64,000 nt of DNA from Vicugna vicugna (Eukaryota), in the NCBI GenBank assembly GCA_013265495.1, contig MU059441.1, positions 496,001 to 560,000 of the forward strand, in the 5' to 3' direction. Below the pieces are notes generated by a model, which was given only the letters and a program-made list of their open reading frames with translations, did not search any database and had not been told where the DNA came from. Shown here piece by piece: positions 24,471 through 39,600 of the stretch (its first letter is position 1; each line of letters begins with the position of its first letter). The translations under genes were made by a program, and so were the position numbers.

Positions 24471-27464
24471 TGAGAAGGCCCGGGCTGCTTCCTCGTCCCC
24501 AGGGGTCGCATTCCTGGGGCCGTGGGGTGCAAGGGCCACTCGGCCCCACGGAGGAGGGAGAGGGTGGCCTTCCCCCAGGCCCCCGCCCTGCAGAGGGCTC
24601 TCGCTGGGAACATCGTCTGTGACCGGACTTTGAGCCCCGGGGCGACAAGCACCCTCTCTAGCCCTCCTAGGTGTAGGGTGTGCCGTGGGGGCTGGCTTTT
24701 CTCACTGCTGTATCCTGTCCCCTCAGCCCCCATCTGACTGCACGTCCACGTGCTCCTCAGGGCAGGTGCCGGCTCTCGGGTCCAGCCCGTCTCACTGTGT
24801 ACATCTGTCACCTACTTGGCCCTGCAGCCATCCGAGTTTGCAGCCCCAGGACCAGGTGGCGCTGTGCCCTCCAGTGCCCCTGGGGAGTGTCTGTGGAGTC
24901 TGTGTTGCTACTGTGTCTTCTGTGCAGGGTAGTACTGACAGTGACTTGGCTGTGTCCCCAAGGTTGGGGACTCTGAACCCAGGCAGGTCACTGCTGGCAC
25001 AGAATGGGACAGGAAGTCCAAGGAGGGCTCGCAGGTGGGGAGCGGGCTGCAGTCAGGGAGGCTTCCTGGAAGAGGGGGTAGGAGCTTGGGCCTTGAAAGA
25101 TGAAAGGTGGTGGTGGGGCGCTCCTGGTCAAGCGTGGGGACAGGCCTGAGGCCTGAGGGCGTCTTTGGAGCAGAAACGCTGGGCAGCTGGGAGAGAAGGC
25201 AGGTGGTGGTCCAGGTCCTCTGCCTTCCCTGCTTTAGGCCTTCTTGTTTTGGTAACTGTGCCTGGATTTTCTCTGGAGGACCCACTCCCCGAAGCCACCC
25301 CCCCCCCGGCTCTGGAGAGCTCCCTGTCCCAGACTGCCAACCCTCAGGTTCTGTCCCCTGGCCATGGCGACTGGTTCGAGGGGGCAACATAATCAGCCCA
25401 CTTCATGGGGGTCCATTCAGGGAATTTTCCTGGGCTTGTGGGAAAGAAGCACCAGGAACTGCCCAGGCTGCCAGGCACAGAGGCCGGCGTAGGCGTGAAC
25501 CCAGGCGGTGCAGGCAGTGTCCACAGGTGGGAGGGAGAGGGGATGCCATGACCATGCCCCGCTGCTGCTCACCTGACCATGGCCCTGGTAGCTTCAGCCC
25601 GGAAGAGTCCTGTCTCCTGCGACCACAGCGCCGGCCTGGGGAAGTGGGGGCAGGGAGGAGGCCGCCCCCTGCAGAGGGTCTGCACCTGGACTGAGCCCCT
25701 CTCCTGCTTTGGATGATCAGACCAAAGGCTGAGTGCGGGGAGCCCCCTGTGTGTGCCCCTCCATCAGCATCACCTCACCTCTGGCCCCTGTGCAGGCCCC
25801 TCAAGCCCCTCTCCACCCAGCGGCCAGAGTGAGTTTCCCAGAATGCAACAGTGACTGTGCCCCTCCCTCTGTGTCCACAGCGGGTGTCTGTGGGCTGTGG
25901 CCGGCAGCACTGACCCCACGAGGCTGACGAGGAGGAGCCACAGCGACCCACGGCACTGCACGCTCAGGCAGCCAGTGTGCACGTGTGCGTGCGCACACAC
26001 CATGGGTGAGGGGCCGAGGTGCTCTGTGTGTGAAGCAAGCCCTGGAGGGTCTGCTGGGGAGGGTCCCACCATCTGTCCTCTGTCCTCTCTCAGGTCCCCC
26101 CAGCACAGGGTGGAGGGCTGATGCTCGAGGAGGCCTGCACACCTTCGGGGCCGAGGTGACGGGAGTCGGGGTCCAGGGGGGCAGGAGTCAGGGCCACCCT
26201 TAGGGCTGGGGTGCCAGCCTTCTGTGCCCCCCGAGCTGCCTCCTTGCCCATCGCGGAGGAGTTCTGTCTTGGGGAGCAGAGAGGCAGAGGCACCCCAAGT
26301 CTACATCTGCACAAAGCCCCAAGTCACCAAAATGCAGAAGCAGCCTTGGACCGGCTCCAGAGGTGGGAACTGGAGGTTCCGAAAGACCCTCCTCCCCAGA
26401 ACCCCCTTTTGGATCCATTTCTAGGTATTGTCCCCTGCCACCCCGCATGCCGTGTGCCCTCCTGAACCGCCTGGGCAACAGAATCGAAACCCAGACAGGA
26501 AACCCAGAAACCCAAGGAGGAGGAACCGGAGCCTGCTGACTCACTCACTTCCCTTCCGTGTGCGGAGCGCCTGAAAAGCCCCTGTGGACCCAACTGTGCC
26601 CCCCGCATGGTGCTGGGCACGGGGCCCACAACACAGTCTTCCTCAGAGCAACAAATTGGTGCTGGGGGCCCTGCCCCGCATCCCTGCTGGTCACCTTCTT
26701 GATGCCTGGTGGTTCCTTCTATGCCCTGGACATGCATCTTCTTCCAAGGGTATGTGTGTTGCAAATGCCTTTTCCTAAATCCTAATTGAATCTTGATATC
26801 TCCTCTTTTGTAATTCTTAATGAACAAAAATAACCAATCTTAAGGTAGTCAAGTTGACCTGTGTTATTCATTTATTTTGACGTCTGGTTGAAGAACCCCT
26901 TCCCTGGCCCCGGGGCCTAGAGACGCTCTGCTCCACTGCCTTCCAGCAGCCCCTCAGGCCCGGCCCATCTGGCACTGCCGGTCCCGCGTGGTGCGGAGCG
27001 GTACCTAGTCAGACTTAGGGAGGGGACCAGGGGTGATGTGCGCGGGAGTCGGGGATGGGGTGGGGTGAAGGGAAGTAACGTAACCTGGAGTAAGTCTTCG
27101 GAGAGAATCCACGGGGCAGGGGGCTGCAGGGCCCAGGGGAGGGAAGGGAGTCCCAGAGGACACCAGGGATCCTGGTTGGGCGGCTGTGGGACGTGAGGGT
27201 GCCAGGTTGGCCCAGAGCCCAGCAGTCCTCCTGAGCTTCCCCGGACAGCTGAGGACGAGGGCTGGACCTCAAAGCGGAGCGCTGGCTCTGGGGGAATGTT
27301 GAGCAGAGTGAGAAGGGCCTCGAGCAGTGTCTGCCTCAGTGGCCCCACAAAGGACAGATGGGGACAGGCCTGGGGCCAACGCAGAGAGCAGGACAGGCAT
27401 TTTCTCAGGCCACTGTGGTGGTCACATTCGTGCCTCCTCACTGCAGCTCTGCGGGGTCTCCTAC

Positions 27465-27550
27465 GTCCTTCTCTCAGATGAGGAAAGTGAGACTGAGAGT
27501 GTGTGGGACTTGCTCACTAACCAGCCACGCCAGGAGCTGCACCCAGGTGT
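27465..27550 (-). mobile_element. MIR fragment
   Basis: ctcagatgaggaaagtgagactgagagtgtgtgggacttgctc resembles antisense MIR core (acagatgaggaaactgaggctcagagaggttaagtaacttgccc). Confidence 0.55.
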
Positions 27551-27699
27551 GTGTGTGGCTCAGAAATCCAAGAGCAAGGCAGGACCTGAGGCTGGCTGTG
27601 TGTGCCTGCACGAGCGCCTGTGTGTGCACGTGCTTGTGTGTGGCAGGACCACAGGCTGTGGGGCCCGGCCGCCAGGGCTAGCCTTCCGGCCCAGCCGCT

Positions 27700-27800
27700 G
27701 ACCAGCTGGGGAGCGTGGGAGAGTCGTGTCACCTCTCTTGCCTCAGTTTACCCGTCTGCAGAGCCCCATGTAGAGGCAGCACCAGATGAGTGCTGGTTAA
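27700..27800 (+). mobile_element. MIR fragment
   Basis: accagctggggagcgtgggagagtcgtgtcacctctcttgcctcagtttacccgtctgc resembles MIR core. Confidence 0.5.
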
Positions 27801-28149
27801 GTAAATAAGAGTTTTGAAAAAGATGCTTGCCTTCATCCCAGGACATGAATATTAAAGCCACAATGAAAATCCGTGCTCCCCAGCAGAGAGGCAAAGACTC
27901 AAGAGGGAGGGCACTAGGTGCGGGCGAGGATGGGGGCTGTGGGGACCCTCCCACAGGACCGCCGGGGTGCAAATGGGGCAGCCGCTTGGGGAGACCGCTG
28001 GCATGTCCTCCACCAGAGCTACACACCCCTCTCCAGTGACCCTGCTGTCCACCTCTGGGTCTGCCGCCGCCACGAGCCTGCAGGAGATGTCCATTCAGCT
28101 CCTTGCGCGGCCCCAAGGGGGAAGGCGTCAGTCGGCATCAGGGGGTCAG

Positions 28150-29700
28150 ACCGCCTTGGAGGGACACCGCAGAGCACCGCTAACGGCCGGCCTGCCTGTC
28201 AGCCACCTGGCCCGGCCCTCACCGCGCAGACCGTGTCCCCACGCCCCCAGACAAGCACAGGGGGCGACAAGCGCGAAGTCCCGGCAAGCCAGCCCCGCCG
28301 GACGCGCGGGGAGGTGGCCCGACCCACAGGAAATGGGGACCGATCAGCTCAGAAACCAGGACGAGGCTGCGTGAGGCGGGGAGGGGCCGGAGCTCCCCGG
28401 GCCTGCGGGGTGACTGCACGGCTCGCCGCAACCCCCGCGGTGCTCGCTGGGGCCCAGCCGGGCCCGCGCACAGGCCCCGGGCCCTTCGGCTGTGTCCGCG
28501 GCTCCTGCCGCCTCGCCTCCCCGCGCCCCACCCCGGGCGGCTCTCCCGGCGCCCGGGCCGCTGCGGGAGCGCAGCCACCTTGACCCCGTCCGGCCCTGCG
28601 GGCCCCGCGATCCCGCCCCGCGCGCCCCCCAGNNNNNNNNNNNNNNNNNNNNNNNNNNNNNNNNNNNNNNNNNNNNNNNNNNNNNNNNNNNNNNNNNNNN
28701 NNNNNNNNNNNNNNNNNNNNNNNNNNNNNNNNNNNNNNNNNNNNNNNNNNNNNNNNNNNNNNNNNNNNNNNNNNNNNNNNNNNNNNNNNNNNNNNNNNNN
28801 NNNNNNNNNNNNNNNNNNNNNNNNNNNNNNNNNNNNNNNNNNNNNNNNNNNNNNNNNNNNNNNNNNNNNNNNNNNNNNNNNNNNNNNNNNNNNNNNNNNN
28901 NNNNNNNNNNNNNNNNNNNNNNNNNNNNNNNNNNNNNNNNNNNNNNNNNNNNNNNNNNNNNNNNNNNNNNNNNNNNNNNNNNNNNNNNNNNNNNNNNNNN
29001 NNNNNNNNNNNNNNNNNNNNNNNNNNNNNNNNNNNNNNNGGCGGGGCGGGCGGGGGTCCGGCGGGGGTCCGGCGGGGGTCCGGGCGCCCGGCGGCCTCGG
29101 GCCGGGTCCGGGCGCGGGGCAGCGTCCTCGAGGTTGCGGCCCGGCGGCGGGCGGGGGGCGCGCGGGGGCTGCGGCTCGCGTATTCGCGTCCCCGCGTGTC
29201 CGCGCCCCCGCGTGTCCCTGCGGTTTCGGCCCGGTTCAGTCCTGTCCGGGCGCAGCCGCGGCGCCGAGCCCGCGCGTCCCCGCCCGGTCGGGATGGGACC
29301 CTGCCCGCCGCGCTCGCGGGGCCGCGCCGCCTCCTCCGGGCCGGGCGGGGAGAAAGTTGGTGGCGGCCCCGTCGGGAGGGCCCTGCGGCCGGGCCGGGTC
29401 GGCGGACCGCGCTGGACCTCTGGCGCCTGCAGGCCCGCGGGGCTGGAGTGGGCGCCGGTCGGCCCAGGCCCGCAGGCCCGCGCAGGCTGGGAGGGGCGGT
29501 GCGCCAGCCGCGCGCCCGGCCTCCTCGCCGCCCCGCGCGGGGCCTCTCCAGGGTCAGCCGCTTCCCGCGGCCGCTCCTAGGGCTACTGCGCGGCCCCGGG
29601 CCTGGTGGGCGGTGGGGCTGGCGGCGGCGGGGCGCGATCGAGTGGCCTCGGGGAGGGGAGCGCGGCTCTGGGGACCCCCACCCTCTCAGAGACCCCAGTG
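28150..29700 (+). promoter_or_regulatory. CpG island, PLXNA1 major promoter; non-coding exon 1 probably inside the N gap
   Basis: extreme CpG density with GC boxes (ggggcggg) on both sides of the gap; (cgggggtccgg)x3 at about 29051-29083; lies 3.7-5 kb upstream of the first coding exon. Confidence 0.85.
28633..29039. other. Assembly gap (407 N) in the CpG island
   Basis: run of N read directly. Confidence 1.
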
Positions 29701-31904
29701 GCAGCCCGGGAAGGGGGCGAGAGGAGCTCCGGTGGCTGCTTAGAGCCTGGAGCTGCCCCTGGCTCATCTGTGGGGTGCTGGGGCCACGCCCCTTGAAAGA
29801 AAGGGGTGTGTGTGTTAGGGGACGTGGACCGAGCCTCTGTCCCTGAGCCTGGGATCCGGTGGTGCGGCCCTCCGCGCCTCTCCACCTCCTTCCAAGCTGA
29901 GGCCGGTTCTCTGGGTCTGCGCGGGGGTGGGGCTCAGCTTTGCTACTCTGGCCCTGGGGGAGGGCGCCCCAGATGCCCTGGCGCCCTGCTGGTTTGGGGT
30001 ATGCGGGAGAGACCAGGTGCTTCGCCCAGACTCTGCCCCGTCCCGTGCTAGAGGCGGACGCAGAAACCAGTGATTCCGCTTCAGAGTCAGGCAGCAAGTC
30101 AGCCTGGGAGGGGGACCCGGAGGCCCCGGAAGGGCATTTCAGGCAGAGGAGACGGCTTTGCGGAGGTCTGGCCGCCCCGGTGTGGCCGAGGTGTGTACTT
30201 GGGAGCGGGAGGCCCATGAGGGCTGTGGACAAAGCAGACAGCCCTTTGCTGGCCCCTGGTCCTGGCCTGCGTGTTTTAACCCCCTGGAGGGTCCCTGTCT
30301 GGAGCAGCTGGCTGGGAGGAGAGGGCTCCCAAGGGAAGGCCAGGTGCAAGCACTTGTTCTGAGGAGCAGGACTTCAGTGCCCCCAGATCCTAGTCCCATG
30401 GGACTTGCCGGGAGGGGGAGCAGGCGCCTGGGGACCACCTCCCTGGGCCTCTGTTGGGGGAGGGGGTGTGACAGGGGCAGCTCTCTCTGCCCTGATTGCT
30501 GACAGGCACCACTGACCACTGGGTAGGACGGCCGTCTTCTCCACCCCCACGCCCGACCTGTCTCAGCTCTAGAAGGATCTGGGGCTGGGAGGGGGCAGGG
30601 GTTGGGGCTGTCCTGTGAAGAGGCCTCTGAGGGCCTTTGTTTCTCAGGCAAGAAGTGGTGGTGGCCGCTGGGCCCCAGAGAGGGAAGGGGTGGTTGCCTG
30701 TCGCTCTCCCCACGCTCCACTGGATGGCTGAGCCCATCCTGTGTGGGAGTGGAGCCTCTGGCCAGCCCGTCCGCCCGTGTGCTGGCCTCCGTCTCCCTGC
30801 TCACCTCCCATCCGCTCCCCCACGCCAGGGCAGCTTCTCCTTCCCAGGCAGGCTCTGACTAGGCCAGCCCAGCCTGCTGCCACACCAGACGCTGTGTTCA
30901 CGCTCACGACCCCTCTGCGTGGTCCAGCGGGTTCCAGCCCGGGCCTTTGCTCATGCTGCCCCCCCCCCAGCACATGTGCAATCCTTCTAGAGCAGCTGGA
31001 AGGGCCTCCACGGGCCACAGTGGCCGGTGCTGTGCCCCGCCGGCCAGTAGCACATTTCTGCTGGTGCCGCTCCCCCAGCCTAGCCTGGTCCTCCCCAGCG
31101 GCGGCTTTGGAATGAATGCATTTCTCCTGGGCAGACCAGAGGCCTGTGGGAGTCCAGGCTTCAGCAGGCGTGCTCAGAACTAGCTGGGTGACCTTGGGTC
31201 TGTCGGAGACCAAGCTCCGTATCTCTCAGATAGGGGAAGTCACGCAAGTGTCTTCACCGGCCCTGGCGAGGCCTGGTCCTGAGGACCCCGCCACAGGCAT
31301 GGGCCCCCGTCCTGGCTGCAGCCCTTGCCCGGGCTGGCCCTCCTGGGCAGCTCTGTTGGGGCAGGCAGAGTGGGCCCAAGGCCGGGCTGGAGTCTGGGTG
31401 GTGCTTCTTCAGCTGGGTCCCTCCTGTTTAATATAAAAAGTGGGTCCCGTAATTGCATTAAGACGTGTATAATTATCCCGGAGGAGGGGAAGCCCGGCCC
31501 TTGGTAATTGCAGGCCTGCTTTGAACTGATAAACGGTGAGTGATTCATGTTTTCTTTGAGTTCACAGGCACTCAGCCCAGGCCCTGCTGCCACCGCGAGG
31601 AGCCTGTTCTCCGGCTCCTGCGCCGGGAGCAGGGGCTGGGGACTCCTCTCCTGGCTGCCTGGGACGTCCCTGGTGGCCGGAGTTCTTGGGGATGCCTGGG
31701 TGGAGACCCTCGGGGAAGGCAGCCGGCAGCCTGCTGGGAGCTCAGCCTGGCTCCCTTACTGTGGGCTCCTGGCCAAAATCCCCGCTTCCGGAGCCTCGGT
31801 CCCCCCCCAACCCCTGCAGAGATTTGGGCTTTCAGTCGGCAGAGGGTGTGTGGGGAGTGAGGACGGGGTGCAGGAGTGGGTGCAGCTCTGCCGGGACCCC
31901 ACCG

Positions 31905-32060
31905 TTCATTCATTCATCCATTGATTCATTCACTTATGAGTGTAAGCTCCCGGGCTGCCTCTGGGCCTTGGTGGGAGACCACAGAGCCAGGCTCTGCACT
32001 CCGCGGACCTGCCATTCTGGCGTGGGGAGCATCCGGGACCAACGTGTGACAAGACTGTTA
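31905..32060 (-). mobile_element. L2 3' end fragment
   Basis: ttcattcattcatccattgattcattcacttatgag is the antisense L2 tail, followed by degraded L2 sequence (cctgccattctggcgtggggag). Confidence 0.6.
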
Positions 32061-33068
32061 GCACGTGGCACACTGCAGATCAAGGAGTGACGGCCTGAGA
32101 GGGGCGGCTGTGACTTCAGCCGGCGGGTCTGGGGAGACAGCTGAGGCACAGGGCTGTGGGCAGGGAGGGAAGAGCATCCCGCGGAGGGGCCAGCCAGCCC
32201 AGGGCCCGGGGAGGCCGGGGAGCCCTGAGCTGCTGGGACAGACGGCCCTACAGCCAGCTCCCAGCCTGGGCTTGGCAGGAGGCACCTACACGTTCAACAT
32301 CAGCTTACCTGCCTGTAAAACGTGGGGTGTTGTCTGGGGCAGAGTGAGCGCAGCCCCGCCAGTGCCCACCCACAGTGGGGGCTCAGGGCTGCTGTGGTCA
32401 GCTCCGTCCAAGAGTGGGGTGAGGCCACGGCTTATCTGGGAACGTGACCAGCAGAGCCAGGGCAGGACCCCTGCTGGCTCTGAGAGGGCACCCCTGACCT
32501 TCCAGCCTTCATCCTGGGGAGAGGAGCTGTCATCATCTCTGACCGAGGCTGGGAAAGAGGACCGACCCCGGCAGGGCCGCGAGGCTGTGGCGAAGCAGGG
32601 TCTACGTTTAACCCGGCCCTGCTGCCGACTTGTGGGCAGTGGGGAGATGAGACTTTCGAGAGGAAATGGGGCCACCCAGGATGTGGGGGCAGCAGTTTGC
32701 TGGGGGTAGGGGTGGGAGATGGAGGTACCCATAGCAGGGCTCCTGGGTCAGTCCTCAGAGTCCTCCCAGGCTGCGCTCAGGTCAGCCAGTGAGTGGCCCC
32801 AGGGTCAGTGTGGCCCAGCCTGCTTTCTGCCAGTGCTGAGAACAGCTGCCCGAGTGTCCTCATCTGCTGTGGGGCGGTACCCATCAGTAGGGCTGCCTGG
32901 GGCCTCGGGCAGAGGGGTTGTCACCCACCCTGGGAGTTTGGGGCTGGGGAATCTGAGTCAGGAGGTGATAGCCTCCAGGTTTGGGTGTTCATGGGGCACC
33001 TCATCTAGACCCTGAGCCCTTGTCACCCATCTCATCCTTCTGGGTCCCTCTCACTCCTCCCCAGCTAG

Positions 33069-34601
<1,533 letters not shown>

Positions 34602-34844
34602 GTGAGTGAGCCGCCCGCCGTCTGCTCGCGTCACCCGTCCCCCAGTCCCTGGCCCGTGGAGACACGTGACACGGCGCCGGCCCACACTGTGCGCCTCGGC
34701 CCCCTGCCAGGTGCCGTCTGCAGGGTGGGTGCTGCACCGGTGCCTTTGACCACAGAGCCTGCTCGGAGGCTGTGTTTGTCCTCCTTCAGAGGACGGGCCG
34801 ATGTGACTGTGTCCAGGGGTCCACCAACCCCCGTGGACGTTGGG

Positions 34845-34970
34845 TGGAACACTGACCACATGCCTGGCGCTGTTCTCGGCGCTTGCCAGCCCTGTCTTGT
34901 CTCCATTTGACAGACAGGGTGGAGGAGAGGTCGGGTGTCCTGCCCAGGGTGCACGGCCAGTGAGCAGCGA
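34845..34970 (-). mobile_element. MIR fragment
   Basis: cacatgcctggcgctgttctcggcgctt...tctccatttgacagacagggtggaggagaggtcgggtgtcctgcccagggtgcac resembles antisense MIR. Confidence 0.55.
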
Positions 34971-36023
34971 GCTGGGCCCGACCGGGGTCAGGTGGGCGCC
35001 GGAAACCATCTCCTCAGAGTCTCACCGAGAGGTTCCACCTGCACCCTCCCAAGTGCCTGGCCAGGAGCACAGGGTGGCAGTCCTGACCTAGGGGCAGCCC
35101 GAGAGCACGGGGCTGGGCCTGCACTGCCGGCAGTTCTGCTTCCTGGCCCTTGTGGGGCCGCGGGGGCCAGAGGCTTTCGGGGGAACCTCTCGCAGGCGTC
35201 CCCAGGAATTAGGACCCCTGGTTCTCCAGGGAAGACCCCAGGCTCGGAGTGGGTCACAGGCTGGCTCGGGGTCAGGGGTCCAGGACCTCCAGAGCCAGGC
35301 CTGGTTCCCTTGCTCCTGCTGGTGGGGTGCGCCGGTGGCCCCAGAACGCCCAGCCCTGCGCTGGCTTCAGTTTTCCTCTGTCCTGGGAGGGACGCCGGCT
35401 TGTCTCCCGAGCAGCATGGGGCAGCCCTTCTTTCTCACGTCTGCCACTAAGCGTGGCCACCCCTGGACCAAGCCCTTGGGCGCGCAAGTCCGGCGCCTTG
35501 TCCATCTCCGCCTTGGCCTATGGAGAAAGGTCTCCACTGAGCAGGTGGAGAAACTGAGGCTGGGGCAGCGTTGCTGAGGTCACTGCGCGCTCTGCACGCC
35601 CGGTGCCCGCGGCCGGCTCGCCCCCTCCTTGGCGTTGTCCCCGCTGTTCCTTCTTCCTCTCGGCTGCCCGGCCAGCACCCTGGGTCCAGCCCAGACTCTG
35701 CCTCCCCTGCTGCTTCTGCAGCCTCTGCCCCTGCAAAGCTCAGACCCAGGCTGCTGCAGGGGAACCGCCCAGAACCGGCGCCCTGCCCCCCAGGCCCTTC
35801 TCCGGAACCTCCGCTATCGATTGCTTCCTGTGCCCGCAGGCTTCTCTCCGCAGGCCCTCCCCTCGCTGTCTAGGTGTGATCCTGTCTCTGTCTTGATAAA
35901 TGTCCCGTGCTCCAGAGCCCCTGGCCACCCACCCGTGTGGCTGTCGCTGTGCAGCCGGCCGACCCCTCCCTGCCTTACCCAGGCTGCCCCTCTGGCTTGC
36001 TGCCCCCTGGAGGGTGGGTATGA

Positions 36024-36653
<630 letters not shown>

Positions 36654-39600
36654 TAAGGCTGGGCGTCGGGGCTCTGAGGGCGGGTCGGGCCTGGTGAGGG
36701 GCCGTCTGCCCCCTGAGGCCCGGAGCTGCTGGCCCTGCTCTCTGAGGGCGCACAGTGACCTTGGGGGAAGGCTGGGTGGCAGGAACAGAGCAAGCCTGCG
36801 CGGCCCCCTCCCCTCCGGGATCCAGTGTCTGCTGAGACAGCACTCTGCCCTGGCGGGAGGCCCTTGCCAGGCTCGGCGACAGCAAGGCCAAGGGCAGGGC
36901 AAGGGTGGCACCCCCGCCCCCACTGCTGCTGGTTGGTGTGGAAGCAGCGTGGTGGCTGCAGAGTGAGGGGCAGCTTCTGGGCCCCTCTGTGGGCTCCTCG
37001 GGGTTGGGGGGGCAGGGCCTCTTCAGGTGGTTCCAGGCTGCCTCCTCCAGCAGCAGGTGTCGGGCTGAGATGGGCAGGGAGGCTCCCTGGGGAGGCAGCC
37101 ACCTGTGGGTCAGTCCAGACCCACTAGATTGGTGGGGGCCAGCCAGGGCCTGCGGTGGAGGAAGACCCCTGGGCGGCAGTAGGGCTGGGGTGCCTGGGAG
37201 CCCTGAGGGTCAGTGCAGGGGCGGCGCCTGGAGGACGCAATGACAGCTGTCCCGAGCCCTACTGCTGACACAGCTCTCCGCCTGGCCTGCGCCTGTGGGT
37301 GGGGCCGGGCCTGGGGCCAGCGAGGCCCTTGCCAGCTCCCAGCCCTGGTGCCAGGGTGTGTGGGAGGGGGTCTCCCATCTCTGCCGTGTTGGCTACACTG
37401 GGAATCAGGTCTCACTGTGCTCTGACCCTGACCTCTGGGGAGGGACCTGCACCCCAGCCTCAGCTTCCCCTCCATGAGTGGAGCCTGGAGTGTGGGCGTG
37501 GCTGCATGGGCGGGTGGCACCGGGGGCCCCTGGCTAGGCGCTGTGGGGTTTTGCTCACAGCGGCTGAGGTCCAGTGGGTGGTGGCAGGCCAGCCCCTGTG
37601 CCCTGAGAGCTGGTTCTCATGTGCCCCACCCTTCTGGCCGCGGGGTCAGGTGCTCTCCTCTCCTGCGGGTGGCCCCCCACTGTGGCACAGGTCCCTCCAC
37701 CCATTGCCCCAGGAGGGCACATGGGGCTGGGGGAGCAGAGGAGAGGGGCCTGGACCCCGTGGGTGCGTGTCAGTCGATTGTGCCTGGCAGAGGCCTGCCT
37801 GAGGCAGCACAAGCCGCCTAGGTGGGTCTGTGGGAGAAGCTGCCTGAAAACATTCCCTCGGGGGCCCTTGACCCAGTCACCTGGCGGAGGCCAGACTCCT
37901 GGGGCTGGGAATGGCCCTTTTGATGGCTGGTGGGCTGGTGGCCAGGCACTGTCTTTGCCCACAGGCCACCCTGTGAGGCTTGGAGAATGCGTTCGTCGAG
38001 CACTGCCCACCCCCAGGCCTCTTGGCCTCTTCCCTGCCCCAGTCCCTTGGAGGGGAGACCAAGGCCGAGTGGGGACCATGGAGGTGGCTCCAGCTGGAGG
38101 TCCCCTCTCTGCTCCTCCCCGGCGTCTACACCCAGTGCCCTGTCCACCCCAGGCACACCGGGCAGGGCCCCTCACACTTGAGTGGACGGTCCCCTTTCTG
38201 GGGGGTGGGGTCAGCTGTGCCCAGGGGCTGCTGGCTGTCATTTGGGGGATCAGAACAGCTGGTTTAGAGGCCCTCCCACAAGGCGCACCTCCCTCACCCC
38301 CTAGACCTCCCCCTGCACCCCTGCACCCACGCCCACCTCCCACATGGAGGGCCATGAGGTTGTTCACGTCCCGCGGCGAGTCGCTCGCTCCCAGTCTTGC
38401 TGGAACGCTGAGCCCCGCCGTGGCCTCAGCTTTAGCTGCAGGTGGAGACCTAGAGCCGGGCGGGAGCCAGAGGAAGGGGTGTCCCCTCTCCTGCCCCTCT
38501 GTCCACAGCCCCCTCCGTCTCCCAGGGGTCCCCACGCTGGATCTCCGGCCGTGACGCCCGGTGACAGGCGCTGCTCCCTGCTGGAGTGCCTCTCCTCAGC
38601 CAGGGCCTGCCTGCGGCAACAGACCCCCACCCTTCCCTGTCCCTCCCGTGCCGTCCTGGCCCTGACCCAGCCTGGGGTGGGCGGCTGTGGGCCAGGGGCT
38701 GGGGCCGGACAGGGAGGGCTGCAGCTCCGACCCTGCCTGCTGGCCGCACAGCCTCCGCTCCGCGGGCCCTCAGGCTCCCTCTCTGGAGTTTCAGTCCCAA
38801 GCCTTCCTGCCCTCCAGGCCGGCTCAGCCTCCCCGCCCCCTCCACCGCCATGAGCCATGGGCACCACCTCCCTGCCTCCGGCCCTCTGTCTTCCTGGCGT
38901 GTGGGGTCCGGCGCCTGGGGACTCCCACCCACCTTTGACCCGAGGTTAGGCCTGCTGTGCTGACAGGCCCTCCCCATGCCTGGTCCTTCTTGGGCTTTAA
39001 AAAGCAACCCGGGAGCCCTCGGGACGCGCCTGGCTCCCGGCCACCTCCAAACAGTGTTGTGTAAAGTTGCAGTCGATCAGCTCAAGAGCTGCCAGCTCGA
39101 GCTACTGAGGGCTGGTGGGGGTGCCCCTGACTCCCAGAGGCCCTGCCTGCCACCTGCCCCCCCAACCCAACAGAGGCAGGCGCTCTCCTGGGCTGACCCC
39201 CTGGGAGCCCCAGCCCTGCATGTGCCCCCTGCACTGCCCCCGCCCTGTTGCCTCCAGGGACCCCCAGGCCCCGGTGTGAGTCCCAGAGCCAGCCCAGGTG
39301 CCTGCGGCGGGTCGGGGGACGACAGGCCCTGGACTCCCGCCTGTGGGTGCGCCCCCTGCCCTCCGCCGCCCACGGCCTTCTCAGAGCCGAGCTGGGGAAT
39401 CCCTGCCCCGTGGGTTTGCTGAGAGGCCCTGGCTGTTCCCCGCTGCGGGGCGGGGGCTGCCCCAAGGGACACAGCTGCCCTGTCTGAGCGCAGTCCTGCC
39501 GCTCAGTGGCCTTGCCAGGCAGGAGCGCCACCCCGTCTGCCTGTGCAGCCGGTTTTTCAAGAGAATCTGGAAAGCCATATTCTGTGTGAGGTCTCCTGGT

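Noticed and set aside
24849-24864. CTCF-like GGACCAGGTGGCGCTG
   Set aside because: The two high-information 5' C positions are G; cannot be supported without a PWM scan or ChIP data
28349-30349. Longest ORFs in the track (666, 387 and 362 aa) around the CpG island
   Set aside because: They run through 407 N and through stop-poor GC-rich promoter DNA; the products are low-complexity Arg/Gly/Pro/Ala with no recognisable domain
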